A stretch of DNA of 35,573 bases. Source: Paraspadella gotoi (lineage: Eukaryota; Animalia; Chaetognatha). The notes below the pieces were generated by a model. The model did not search any database. It saw nothing but the letters and a program-made list of their open reading frames with translations, and was not told the origin of the DNA. Positions 22,377 through 35,573 of this stretch are shown here, in pieces. The stretch lies in NCBI GenBank assembly GCA_051294375.1, contig CM119264.1, positions 5,152,987 through 5,188,559 on the forward strand. The letters run 5' to 3'. A program made the position numbers and the translations under genes. Each line of letters starts with the position of its first letter. The first letter of the stretch is position 1.

Positions 22377-23673
22377 TGTGTTCCGATAACCGTTAACCGT
22401 TAACTGTTAACGGTTATTAACGGTTAAAAAAAATTTTAACTTACCGTTAATAATATATATTTTAAACGGTAAATTCGGTTCATTTTCAAATGTGATTTTT
22501 TTCTTTTTGGTATGAAATCTTTAAATTTAAAAAAATATATTTTTTTTACTGTTTTTCTCTTATTCTCCTCTCCTTCTTCACATATTTTTTACACCTACTC
22601 TCCTCTCTCCACTTTTTTCTTTTGTATTTTTTTATTTTTTTCTTTCCTAATCTCTCTCTTTTCGCCTTTATTTATCTCCTCCTGTTCCTTTCTTTTTCTT
22701 TTCTCACTTCCCTTTTATTCCCCTTTCTTTCTCCTTTTTTGCCCTTTGATTTTAGCCTTTTTCCATTTGTTGCCATTTCATGCATAATATGAATTCAATT
22801 AGCTAAAAATAAATTAACCCTCTTATTTTACTTTTTCTCTTTTTCTTTCCTTCTTTAAAACGATCAAAGAAGTAAATGAAATAAAACCAAATGAATAAAA
22901 AAATTAATAAAACAACCAATAAAAAAAATTATTTTAAAAAATTTTAAATTAATAATAGAAGGAATGAATCTTAAAAAAGACAGATAAAAAAGAAATAAAT
23001 GATGCTATACTTTTTATTAAACTGAAAATTATTTTTATTCATCATAAATATTTTGATCATCGATAAATCAACTATCATCAATAAATTAAAATAGTAAAGG
23101 TAAAACCATAGTAAAAAGATAAGGTTCTTTAAGGTCAGGAAACTTGACCTTGGTCAAATGTCAGTTCTTGTCGCGGTTCGTTGTCTGTAATTTATATTTA
23201 ATGGTCAATTGACCAATTGGTTCAATATAAGGTTTTTTATGAAAAGACACAACAGAAAACAAGCGTTTAAGAAACTAAAACTACAAAAATAATGAGAAGA
23301 GAAGAGTAGAAAGGAAAAAGAGAAAGCAAAAGAGAGAAGAGAAAACAAAATAATAGAATGTAAGAATTTGAATGGTATCCTTTTCGTTAGTTGTGTATGA
23401 GATTAAGCAAAATATTTGTTTTGTTACAGACAAACAATATAATTGACTTAAACCACAGACTGTTTTCGACCTGTTCAAGTCTTTTATCAGCATTCAAGAG
23501 CCAGAGTTAAGAGAAATACCATTAAAATACTCATTAGTTTGTTTTAAATCTATAATATGTTTAAATTTTAAAATTTAAATTATAAAATTAACCAGATCTT
23601 AACGGTTAACCGTAGAAAATGTTAGTTTTAACGGTAAGCGAATTTCCTAAAAATTAAGCGTTACGGAACTCTA
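22377..23673. mobile_element. Non-autonomous hAT-type element
   Basis: 8-bp TSD ATTATGAG (22369-22376, 23674-23681), imperfect TIRs TGTGTTCCGATAAC and GTTACGGAACTCTA, subterminal AACCGT/ACGGTT repeats. The empty site is in copy A at ~15074-15081. Confidence 0.88.
23453..23495 (-). ncRNA. Degenerate minimal hammerhead ribozyme in a probable PLE fragment (~23365-23510)
   Basis: Reverse complement reads gaatg-CTGATAA-aa-gacttgaacaggtc-GAAA-acag-TC-tgt; downstream CAACTAACGAAAAGGATA resembles the PLE-like tails. Confidence 0.5.
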
Positions 23674-25724
23674 ATTATGAGGCGATGAAACAATTAAAAC
23701 TGTAATCACGATCCAAAATCAAGGGATAGACCATTAAGCTCTTTAATTGCGAAACCTTTGCGTTTATGATGGAAAAGAATATAGAATTAAAATTTAATGA
23801 AAGTTAAGCATTTAAGTTAAACATTTAAAAAAGTTATTCAGCCTAATTGTGAATTTGTGAGTTCTGCCAAGCATAGGCGAATAGTGGAATTGAGTGAAGG
23901 ACTAAATTTAAAATCAAATATTCATTCTAAACAAAATTAGTTTTTTGCTATTTGATTTTGAGCGAACGCTGAAGCGAGAATGTGTTAGCTTTTAAAGAAC
24001 ACGTCACCAGGTCCATAAAGACGAATCAACTATGTATCCAGGAGCGCTCGGTTTACTACTCCTCGCGCTTCATGTTTATTCTACTTCCATCGAGAAAGAA
24101 ATGACTTGAAATTTTCAATGTTCTTTTTCTGTGTTTCATCATGTCGCAAAGTGGGGATGAAGGGCAAAAACACGACACCACGACGACGAGGATGAATGGA
24201 AACAAGGATGATGAACGTCGTTGTACAAATGCAAATAAAAAAAAGGACTGAATCCACAGACTCAAATGGTATCCGACGGTGAATACAACAGAATAGAAAA
24301 TACATCCGCCCCAGACGCACGACGACGACGCTACAACTACTNNNNNNNNNNNNNNNNNNNNNNNNNTTTTTTTGTTTTGATTCTCGAGGACAACAAAGCC
24401 GAGGATCCCGAAACACAACAAACCATTTGTCAACATGGCCGACCGACCGACCGACTGACTTCGGGGGGANNNNNNNNNNNNNNNNNNNNNNNNNNNNNNN
24501 NNNNNNNNNNNNNNNNNNNNNNNNNNNNNNNNNNNNNNNNNNNNNNNNNNNNNNNNNNNNNNNNNNNNNNNNNNNNNNNNNNNNNNNNNNNNNNNNNNNN
24601 NNNNNNNNNNNNNNNNNNNNNNNNNNNNNNNNNNNNNNNNNNNNNNNNNNNNNNNNNNNNNNNNNNNNNNNNNNNNNNNNNNNNNNNNNNNNNNNNNNNN
24701 NNNNNNNNNNNNNNNNNNNNNNNNNNNNNNNNNNNNNNNNNNNNNNNNNNNNNNNNNNNNNNNNNNNNNNNNNNNNNNNNNNNNNNNNNNNNNNNNNNNN
24801 NNNNNNNNNNNNNNNNNNNNNNNNNNNNNNNNNNNNNNNNNNNNNNNNNNNNNNNNNNNNNNNNNNNNNNNNNNNNNNNNNNNNNNNNNNNNNNNNNNNN
24901 NNNNNNNNNNNNNNNNNNNNAAAACACACACACACACAAATCCACTTCCACACACAAAAAGCCCAAGCAAAACGGCGACGTTTGAAAAATGAGAAAGGAA
25001 TTCTGCTTGAGTCATTAGTTCGGGAGGCGAAGGAACATCGCCCGGGATAAAATCCAGATTAGCTTAAAATTTAGCTCTCGGCCGTCTCGCTTTCTGTCGC
25101 TGACTCTCTCTCTCTCTCTCTCTCTCTTTCCACGAGCGAAAAAAAAAAACCTTGATCGAATCCATTCCCATTTACGCGACGCTTTTAAATCAGCCGCGAG
25201 ATGGAAAAGCGCGGGCGCGCGAAAGGTCTAGACGTGCGCAGCGCTCCCGGCGTTCTACGGCGCTCCTCGGCGCTCTCGTCGAGCGGCGACGGGCGCCAAA
25301 CAACGAAAAACATCCTTCGTCCTCCCGCGAATGGGAATGGAGAATCGGACGGAAACAATAGAGTTACGGTCCTCGAGGAAAATGGGGAAAACGCGGGGAA
25401 AAAATGGGGAGAAGAGCGAGAGATGCCAGAGGAGGAGAGTGGATTAGGGACGCGACCGGGAGCGAGAGCAGAGACTGCGGAAAGACGAGAAAGAGGCAGG
25501 TACGAGAGGAGAGACGGGACTGACGAGACTGAGGGGCGGAGGAAGGAGACGAGGAAGAGAGAGAAGATCGAGAGAGAGGATGACGAGGACGAGAAGCACG
25601 GAGAGAGAGGAAGTGAGCCCTAAATTGAAAATAACTTTTCTAAATTACTTACCTTTAACTCGATTTCTACCCAGGAAGCCTAAAGAAGGAAAAAAAACGA
25701 ATTTTTCGATAAGACTTTTTAACC

Positions 25725-25756
<32 letters not shown>

Positions 25757-26693
25757 NNNNNNNNNNNNNNNNNNNNNNNNNTCTCTCTCTCTCTCTCTCG
25801 TTTTTTCCCTCTCACTTGTTTGCGTTTCCTCTCTTAATGGAAAATTGAGGGACGGCGCGGGGGAATTCTGAGTTGGCGCCATTCCATGTCGCGAGGTCAC
25901 GCCAAATTTAGAAGATGTCGCTCGGGCTTGGCATGGCATGGCATCGCCTGGTTCTTTTAATGTCATTCGGAACGACTACTGTTAAAACTAAGCGTCTATG
26001 AGTGCTGAATTCCAAGAAACTGTTTTCTGACATGGCAATGAATCTGTTCACTCCATCAGTCCACTCCATCATTAATTCCAAATATTCAGGCCATGCCATT
26101 AAGTAAACAAATAAGGCAATCGGTGTAAACAAACAACCAAGAACATGTCGCCCGGAAAAGTTTGTTTTCGTTCAGAGGCTCAGTTTTCTTTCCTCACGAA
26201 ATTCGGGTTTCTGTTAAAAAAAAATATATATTGCCTTGTGGGTCTCGGTCGCAATTTTTATTACTCGCTGGGCTATGTTCTGATTGGACCGTATGCCACA
26301 ATTTTTTTTAGAAACAATTACATTTTATATTTTTATACTATTTTTCTCGTTGAAATCATCATTTATTTGGCGATGTTTGTCTCTTAAATTTTGACACCAT
26401 TAACTTCAACTTTATTGCAAATTTCTGCTCTTCCAAGGGCATCCGAGGCTTTTAAACATTTCAATGACAACAGCAACTTCAAAGTACGATTTATTGTTAG
26501 CAGCAACATCGACTGCATAGTATTAATGTAGCATCTTTTTACATTTTTGGGTGGCAGAAGCTATGACCCGATTTTTTTTTCATGCTTTTTTTATACCTGT
26601 TTTGCTTCTTTTTGATCTTCTTTATTGATTTAGCAGAATGACTGGTGGTTCATTTCATTGCGTAGATTTTCAACTAATTTGGAACTTCATTTT

Positions 26694-26953
26694 TGTGGAT
26701 AAGGCGTTAAGTGGGTCTGAAGAGTGCTATCCGCAACTTTTAAAACCCCCTCTAGCAGCCAAGCAACGGGTCCTGGGCTTGGAACAAGGCTTGGGGTTTT
26801 CCACGCCCACAAGGCGGCTTACGGCCGTCCTCACGCTTCCCGCAGGGTAGGTACCGGGTTGGGTTTTAACCCAGTACCTTGTGGTCACGAGCTGATGGCT
26901 TTACTGAAGGTGTCATGCTTATAGGCGGGGTTAACCTAGGCAATGCCCTACTA
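26694..26953 (-). mobile_element. SINE-like dispersed repeat, copy 2
   Basis: Shares TGTGGATAAGGCG, AACGGGTCCTGGGCTTGGAAC, CAAGGCGGCTTACGG and ACTGAAGGTGTCATGCTTATAG with 8593-8832; short A tail on the minus strand. Confidence 0.6.
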
Positions 26954-27951
26954 CATTTTATTAACAAAAAACTTTAATAGTAAACTATAGGAAACTATTT
27001 TAAAATTCAAATAATTAACTAAGTTAAGTTAATTAAGTTAATTAGCTAAATAGATAGATAAATAACTAACTGTTTCCCTTTTCCCCTTTAATTTACAAGT
27101 ACTAAGTTCAAATTTTAGTCTCTCAGCCAATGTTTTTCTGGAACGCAGTAAATCCGTCAAAACTGTTTGTATTTACCCAATGAAGTGAGTTCTTCCAAGC
27201 CCAGGACTTTTTTTCAGCTCTTGTCCTGCCAGGGTTCAATCCAGTCTTTCTTCTACATCCAGCTCCAGCTGTGTCTTTGTAAAACCTCCGCGCTTACTTT
27301 TTCTAACCCCAGGCCCGACTTACTTCAGCTCCAGGCTTTCTTCTACCTCAACCCAGTCACACGACGACGCCTAGAATTTCCCTTCTTCAAGTCTCCCGCC
27401 TCTCGAGTCTAAAATAGACGCGAAACGGAAATAAAACAGAAAAAAAAACAGAAAAAAAAAGTCTCGCGCGAAGATTCGCGAATTTCCCTCAAGCTAAGGT
27501 TCGGTCACTCGTTAAAAAGTGGGTTGAAGGAGGTAAGGGAAAAATAGAAGGTAAGTTCAGGAGATAGAAATGGTAGAAATGATTTTATAAAATGATTTAG
27601 ACGTTGAGAGACTTGAGATTCTTTGCGTCCTTCGAGGGGGAAAAGGGGATTTGGTGACAAGTAGATCAAAAGGGTCCATGGGTCCGTAGTGGAAGTTGAG
27701 AAACAAGAGTGAGAAAAAGGGATAGAGGAGTAAAACAGAGTTGAAATTAAATTCCTTTGCAAACGTCACGTTAGCTTCGGCCTATCGCTTTTTAACGGTC
27801 GCTATTAGGGGTAGAACGTTTGCATATTCTATGAATGTTACTCACTATTACTCTCCGTTAACGAGCACTTGAGCTCTCTGACGTCGACGACGACGACGAC
27901 GACGACGACCGTGACGATTCTTACCTCGACGTTGCCAACGACAAGGTAGTC

Positions 27952-28208
27952 GATGAGGATGACGACAAAGGCGATGCTGACATGAACGAAGACGACAAAG
28001 GGGATTCTGACATGAACGATGATGACAAAAGCGATTCTGACATGAACGATGATGACAAGGGCGATGCTGACATGAACGATGATGACGACAAAGTCGATGC
28101 TGACATGAACAATAATGACAAACGCGATTCTGGACATGAACGATGACGACAAGGCGTATGCTGACATGAACGATGACGACAAAGGCGATGCTGACATTAA
28201 CGATAACG
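27952..28208 (+). repeat. 30-bp minisatellite, ~7 full units; reads DMNDDDKGDA in one + frame
   Basis: Unit GACATGAACGATGATGACAAAGGCGATGCT; unit lengths 30, 30, 30, 33, 31, 30, 30. Confidence 0.9.
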
Positions 28209-28819
28209 AAAGACGAAAGACCAAAACAATTACGACCGAATCTTATTAGGTTTCAATGATGAATTTTCCGCTGACGGTAATGATCTCAAATCAAATGTGA
28301 TGTCGACCATATAAGTCTATATAAGTGTGTTTGTCTCTTATGTCGTTAAGTTTCCGGTAAAACTGGACTGATACTTTATAGGGCGGTGCTTTTCATGCGT
28401 GCTTTTCATACTTGTGTAGCCACATAAAATTTTAGAAATATCTATTCATGGTTTAATCCTTTCCTTCGTTGTTTTGAGAGATTTGCATTGTACATAAATA
28501 AATCGTTGTAAAAAATAAAAAACCTTTGTTAATAGAAATGTCAATTAAATACTTAAATCTTCATAGTTTTTAGGGGAAAAATATGCAAATTAGAAACCAA
28601 ATGATCAATCCAATATTCGGAGGCGTAATAACCTTGGAATTGCCGCTCAGTGTTGATTTTGACTGATCCCTCACTCAAAAGCAAAATCAATTCGGAAGAT
28701 TGAAACCCGCGAAACTCGATATATTCGACCCCAAGGCCGTCAGTCATTTCGTTAACAACAAATGACGAGCAACAACCGACAAACGACAGAGTAACCGCTG
28801 TAAGCCAAATGCCAAATCC

Positions 28820-29145
28820 TACAAACGACGGCCGACATTTATTTGAGTGGAATAGTGGACAAGCGGCCGACATTCAGGTGCAAGAGCTGACAAACGGTGA
28901 CCAAAATTTGAATGCCAGAGCTGACAAAGTACAGCCGACATTCAATTGCCAAAGCCGACAAGCGACGGCCGAAGTTCGATTGCCAGACCCGACAAGCGAC
29001 GGCCGACAGACCCCGAAAAGCGACGGCCGAACATTGGGCGCGAGGCAAGCGACGACCGACAGGCCGACAAGCGACGGCCCGACAGGGCCGAACAAGCGAC
29101 GACGCGGAACAGGGCCGACAAGCGACGACGACAGACCCGACAAGG
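28820..29145 (+). repeat. Irregular array of CCGACAAGCGACGGCCGA motifs
   Basis: About 9 degenerate copies with variable spacing. Confidence 0.7.
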
Positions 29146-29949
29146 GACTTTGCATTCTCGTCATGTTTTCGCTTCGCGATCGTCGGTGAAGCGAAGTCGA
29201 ATCGCGACTCAATTTTTGAGGGGAAAATGAAGGCGAGAGGAAAGGGGTCGATGTCCTCGTCGTTTAAGTCGTCGTCGTTGTCTTTGACGTCGTCGTAGTC
29301 GTCGTCGTCGTCGTCATTTTTGTAGTCGTCGTCGTTTTCATTAAGGTCTTCGCAATCAGCGTAATTTTTTAATTTTTTTTAAGTCTTTTTCGGGAAAGTA
29401 GCTACGTAAGTGTTAAAATAATTTAATAATTTAAACAATGGAAACGATTTCGACCTTTTTAAAACATTAAAACAATAAATTTTAACGATTATCTTGATAG
29501 AGAAGTTTTTGTAGTCTCAACTGTTCTCCATTATCGAAACTGCCAAATCTTTTTCGACAGTTGAGTAGGATTTGGTTAATCGGGTTTTTCCTTTCATTTC
29601 TCTCTCTGCCACCAAAGGCGGTGGCATATTTGCCTCTACAGTTGATTTTGTTTTGCCACTCGTCTCCCTGCCCTTCTCTTAATTTCGCGCTACTTCTCCC
29701 TGGAGATTCGGGGCTTTTGTTGCTTTTCAAATTTCATTGACTTTGCCCCTTTTGTTTTCATTGACTTTGCCCTTTTGTTTTTTTATCTTTCCGCGCTTTT
29801 TTCGTCTAAAAGAAAATGAGGGAAAAAGAAACACAGACTCTGACTAAATGTCGTCAAAAAAAAAGTTCTCTGATTTCCAGACGCCATTTGCATTTCGTGT
29901 TTACGAGTTTCCGGGGAAGCGAAGGGAGAAGGAAAGGAGGTAGAGAAAG

Positions 29950-30215
29950 AGGGAGAGAGATTTATAGGGGTGATGGAAAGGGGTAGAGAGAAGGGGGAGA
30001 GATTTATAGGGGTGATGGAAAGGGTAGATAAAGGGGGAGAGATTTATAGGGGTGATGGAAAGGGTAGAAAAGGCGGAAAATTTTTAGGGGAGTAGAAAGG
30101 GGAGGAGAAATGAGGGAGAGATTTATAAGGGTGATGAAAAGGGGGTAGAGAAGGGGAGAGATTTATAGGGGCTAATGGAAAGGGGAAATAAAGAGGGCAG
30201 AGAGATTTGTAGGAA
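29950..30215 (+). repeat. ~40-bp purine-rich minisatellite
   Basis: GAGATTTATAGGGGTGATGGAAAGGGTAGA repeated about 6 times. Confidence 0.85.
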
Positions 30216-30757
30216 AGGAGGAAAGAAATTAAGAGATGATAAGAAACAGAGAGAAAAAAAATTATAGGGAAAAGATAAGAGGATACTTTGGAAGAGGAAA
30301 GAGAAAGAGAGAAGAGATACGAAAAGAAGGGAAAAAATTGACGCTTGTGCCACACAAGGGATTGATTGGTAAAGGGAAAAGTTGATAGAAATTTAAAAAA
30401 AAATGAAGAAGAGATAAGATATGATAAATCTCTCCAACAACAATAGGAGATAAAATTCTATGGGCAGAGAAAAAAGATTAATTAACTCCAAAGTAAAAAA
30501 AAATATGTCAATTGAAGGGAAAGAAGGGAAAAATGAATAGTGAAATGTCTAACGATTGAAAAGGAGAAAATATAATTAAGAAAATGATTAGGAAAACAGA
30601 GATTAAAAGGCAAATAACTTAAATGTGGGTCCCACTTAATATTTTTGTGGTTCAATTTGTGATTTACTCCGGTATGAGATAAAATTTAAAAGGGGAAAAA
30701 GGGAAAGAGGGGAACAGAGTGAGTCTCGATCGTCTGGCAGGACGGAAGAAAAACAAA

Positions 30758-30804
<47 letters not shown>

Positions 30805-32140
30805 ATTTTTTTCTCAAACGGTTTTTCCATTTCCTTCAATTGTTCCCGATTTCGTCGCACGGATCCTAGTTTCGGGTCTCCTCGGCTTTACCCAGTGACA
30901 TCCGGGTTTCGGATCTCCCTGGCTTCACGCAGTCACATACGGGTTTTGGGTCTCAATTCTTCGCCAAAGAACATTTAGGATTTGGATCTCTCCTAATTTT
31001 TTTCCCCGTGACATCTTGGTTTTTGGATCTTGCCAAACTTTTCTCTGAATCATCCGAGATTTTAAATCGTAGTTATCACTTCCTTGCTGACGATTTCTTA
31101 GATGGAAGTCCAGAGTTATCTTTAGCTTTTCTGTGAACATCGCAACCTTCAATATCACATCATTCACTCGATGCTAATCCAGTTTTGGGTATCACAAGCT
31201 TCGTTCTGCTACATCCGGACTTTCCTCCGAATAATATTGGATTTCTTAGGAAACAAGAGAAAAAAAATCGCGCAAAACGAATGAAGTCGTCAGAAACTTT
31301 ATTAGTCTCACAGATTCGACGACCACGCAGTGCGTTTCCTCACCACCACAGCCTTACCCTTTCGCCCCATCGTCTTAACCCAAGTCTAACAAACTTACTT
31401 TACAAACCTATCTAGCATACTTGATAATATCTAACCTGACAACTAACTTATCCTAAAGAAACTCACCTTTATATCCCCTACTTCACAACCTGAAGCACCA
31501 AACTAAAAACCCTCCACTTCACATTCTCCCCTTTCTCTCCTCTTGGTTCACAGTGACTCGTAATCGGTGTCGGTGATACAACCGAAAAATGTTTCACCTT
31601 TTGGTCGTCGTCCATTTACCGACGAGTCTCTTCATTCCTCCATTTTCACCCAAACCCATTTATCTTCCATTCTTCCCTTTCCTCACGACGACTCCCCCCC
31701 CCTACTCAATCGCGGCGATGACAACACCGACGACGATGGTGGCTGCGGCTTTCTCGGCCGCTGCGTCGGCCGCTGCAGCTGCCTCCGTTTCAACTTCCGC
31801 TGCGGCGGCGACGAAAAAAAGCCCAATTTACATCTTTGGGGATTGGGAGAAGGAAAGANNNNNNNNNNNNNNNNNNNNNNNNNNNNNNNNNNNNNNNNNN
31901 NNNNNNNNNNNNNNNNNNNNNNNNNNNNNNNNNNNNNNNNNNNNNNNNNNNNNNNNNNNNNNNNNNNNNNNNNNNNNNNNNNNNNNNNNNNNNNNNNNNN
32001 NNNNNNNNNNNNNNNNNNNNNNNNNNNNNNNNNNNNNNNNNNNNNNNNNNNNNNNNNNNNNNNNNNNNNNNNNNNNNNNNNNNNNNNNNNNNNNNNNNNN
32101 NNNNNNNNNNNNNNNNNNNNNNNNNNNNNNNNNNNNNNNN

Positions 32141-32175
<35 letters not shown>

Positions 32176-32486
32176 CAACTTTTACTGTGGCCAATAAAGG
32201 CCGAAAAGTTGTTTTTTACACTTCTTATTTTACTTTATATCAAATTCTATTTCTTGATTATTCTTAAACTTCCAATTCTGTTTTAATTTAATAAAAATCG
32301 TTTATATTTCAGGAGGTGATTTATCTTTTAATCTCAATCAACGTTATGTATTTCATCCGGTTTTAAAAATGACATCCTCGTTTGTCTCACATTCGTTTCG
32401 TCTCCCACGTGAGAGTTCGTGTTTCACTTCCAGTGTTGAATCACGTGATTCCCTTTCCTTTTCCTTATCTCATCATTCCGCCCTTC

Positions 32487-32612
<126 letters not shown>

Positions 32613-33605
32613 TTAAATCTAGCGCCATATTTCACTCGGTGTGAAACTTTCCTGCTTCATCCTCGCGACTTTTTCGCGTGAAAAATCACAGAAAATGTAG
32701 GTGCAATTTTGATATTTTTTTGCGCTCCTTTCCATTTTTGCCATTTTTGCCATTTTCGCCATTTTCGCCATTGTATTCCGAAGATAAAAAGGAAACATGA
32801 ATCAGTTTTTCTGAAAAAGATCAAAACTTCTTTTTTTTTTAGAAAAAAAGGAAGGATGAACTTGTAAATTCTCCACGAAAGTCTCAAGATGGCAGCACTG
32901 CGAAGTTTCGAACAACATCGAAAGTGGAGAAAAACTTCCGACGACGACGACGATGCTATACATAGTTTGCGTACATAATTTTTTGTTGTCACGAGAACTG
33001 GAAAAGTTGCTGCTCTATAAATTAACCTCTAGCGTTTTTAACAACGGCTGTAATGTCTCCTGCTAGACGCACGTGTTTGTAACGTTATAGATTGAAGCTT
33101 CGCCTGACAAGGCACAAGTAGCATCACATTACGTGACGATTGTATCATCGCCTGGCGCGGGCTTTGAACTGAGTAGCATCGCCTGACACCATGTCAGGCG
33201 CTTCTATTTTGATCCGATCAAATCTGGTTTCTTCCTTTTTTTTCTTTTCTTGTCGTCGGCGACCCAGGGCGACCCGAAGAGACTGTCTTTGCCGCGTGAG
33301 TCTCAACCTCATCTTTCTATTTTCTTTTTATATCTTTTGTCTTTTCATTTCCTTTGTTTATTTTTTTTTTTTTCTTTCTTTCCTTTCTTTTTTTCCTTTT
33401 TCTCTTTTTTTTTCTTTTTTCTTTTTTTCTTTTTTCCTTTCTTCTTTTCTTTTCTTTCTTTCCTTTTCTTTTTCTTTTATTATCTTTCTTTATATCTGTC
33501 TTTCTTTCTTTTTCTTTATTTCTTTATATCTTTCCTTTCTTTCTTTCTTTCTCTTTTCTCTTCTTTCTTTCTTTCTTTCTTTTCTTTTTTCTCTTGTCTT
33601 TCTTT

Positions 33606-33637
<32 letters not shown>

Positions 33638-34072
33638 TCACGAATCCGACTTCCGCTGAACATGACGGTGAAGCCTTTAAACTCGTTGTTTGGCGCCGAG
33701 ATTAGGTTTGACATTGACTGGCATAGAAACTACGTTTGATCGAGATTTGCTGTAAAACTAAATGCCGAAAACTTTTCATTGAATGGCACAAAACCTTGGA
33801 GGAAGCAGTACAACTTCGACTATGATTCAGTTTATTGCGATGACATTTAGGACTCATTGGTAATTTGGTTGCGATGTTAGTTCGACCACGAATACGAATA
33901 GAAGCGAAATCCTTCCTTTGCTAATCAATTGTCTAACGCCTCCTTTCGAGAAAAAAAATGCTGCTGTAATTTTGGGTTTGAAGGATTTAACCAAGCTTAA
34001 TCAGTATGGTAAGCAGTTTGGTCCGACGTTTATGACAATCGTTAAACACTGACTGGTGGTTGCGACACTGTT

Positions 34073-34190
<118 letters not shown>

Positions 34191-35225
34191 CAAAGTCTTT
34201 TAAATTGAATGCCAGCGCCATTGAGACTGGTCCCTCCCGATTCTTCCATTGGACCACACCCTCCTTTCCTTTCCTTTCTTTTTTCATTCCGCTTCTTTCC
34301 TTTTTTCCTTCTCCCGCCCTATCCTTTTCTATTACATCCTTTCCTTTTTAAACCCTGTATCCTTTCCATTTCCTTTCTCTTCTTTTCTTTCCTTCTTTCC
34401 ATCTCTCCTTCTTTCCTTTCCTCCAATCTACGTTCGCCTTTCCTTGAACTCGAAATTCCTTAATACCTGGGATCTTCTCTAACGCTTAGCCTCGCATCTT
34501 TAACTCTTTCTACCAACTTTCCTTTTCTTATCCTCCCTTTCCTTCCCACCATCCCTTCCTCCCCCATCTCCTTTCCTCCCCCGGCGACCTCTTAAATCTC
34601 CTTTCCTTTCGCCTTTGACTCTCGGCTGCGAGCCTCTTCATTAGTCATACTGAACGCAGTCCATTGACTGGGAACACAATTATTCAGTCTTTTCTTCTTC
34701 CTCTTCCGCGCTCATCCCCGTTGATTTTTCTTTTACCCCCCGTTTCCTCCCTTTCTAATTCTTACTTTGGCTCCTCTCGCTCTCTCTCTCTCTCTCTCNN
34801 NNNNNNNNNNNNNNNNNNNNNNNNNNNNNNNNNNNNNNNNNNNNNNNNNNNNNNNNNNNNNNNNNNNNNNNNNNNNNNNNNNNNNNNNNNNNNNNNNNNN
34901 NNNNNNNNNNNNNNNNNNNNNNNNNNNNNNNCTTTTTTTCGTTTGCCACCGATTGATTCTCTTGCCAAATCCGATCTATTTTTATCTCGGTATTTCTTAT
35001 CTAGATTTCTTTGTATTTAATCAATTATCTTTTCCCCTTATTTCCCAACCGTTCTTCATATCCTCTTCCCATCTTCATTTTCCTGCCCTCTTCCTAAAGA
35101 GAGAGAGTCTGTCTGGAAGTATAATGAGAGAGAGAGAAGAGAGAAGAGAGAGAAGAGGGAGAGAGGCGAGAGAGGGAGAGAGGGAGAGAGGAGAGGGAGA
35201 GATGAGAGAGAGAGAGAGTGAGACT

Positions 35226-35258
<33 letters not shown>

Positions 35259-35276
35259 AGAGACGAGAGAGAGAAG

Positions 35277-35315
<39 letters not shown>

Positions 35316-35473
35316 GAAATTAAGGTGGTCGCACAAGAGCATAAATTGAATTTTGTTATTTTTTTATCGACGATAAAAAATCGTTAAATGGATTTTGACT
35401 TCTTGTTGTTGCTCCTGAGATGGAATAATGGAATTGAATGATTTGAAAAATATCCCTAATTCTCCTCTCTCTC

Positions 35474-35556
<83 letters not shown>

Positions 35557-35573
35557 GCGCTTCATTTCTCCAG

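Larger units (their letters stand above)
19925..24030 (+). repeat. Duplicated block, copy B
   Basis: Direct repeat of copy A with many 1-nt indels and several larger insertions/deletions. Confidence 0.92.

Noticed and set aside
24056-25050. Long ORFs of 178-319 aa (also 31567-32286 and 34664-35387)
   Set aside because: Open only because they run through N gaps.
25908-26690. Possible decayed coding fragments on the minus strand
   Set aside because: Multiple stops and no motif I can assign.
28820-29145. CRISPR-like repeat/spacer pattern
   Set aside because: Repeats are degenerate, spacers are irregular and related to each other, the context is eukaryotic, and there are no cas genes.
30860-31170. 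80-aa minus-strand ORF
   Set aside because: It overlaps a degenerate ~35-bp repeat (GGATCTC..TGACATC) and has no recognisable motif.
33191-33739. Phe/Ser/Leu-rich membrane-protein-like ORFs, and the ERER/SLSL ORFs elsewhere
   Set aside because: Translations of CTTT and GA/CT microsatellites.

Overview
AT-rich, intron-containing, (GA)n-rich eukaryotic (probably invertebrate) draft-assembly sequence with five N gaps. Only two host genes can be supported. One is the last exon of a luciferase/4-coumarate-CoA-ligase-like acyl-CoA synthetase (315-605, +, absent from the ORF track). The other is a complete 4-exon CYP2-clan cytochrome P450 (3363-9699, +, 508 aa by my splice model). Most of the rest is mobile or repetitive DNA: DINE-1/HINE-like Helentron elements, Tc1-type and hAT-type MITEs, tRNA-derived SINEs, a decayed BEL/Pao-like gag, minisatellites, and a ~4 kb block present twice with reciprocal insertion differences. 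The two most interesting signals are (i) a family of fold-back insertions with minimal hammerhead ribozymes, a 39-nt one-sided tail and long TSDs, which is the Penelope-like signature, and (ii) a 720-bp LTR element whose two LTRs both carry the same tRNA-Gly-like SINE. Most listed ORFs are artefacts of microsatellites, GC-rich patches or gaps. All alignments and translations were done by eye and no database searches were run.
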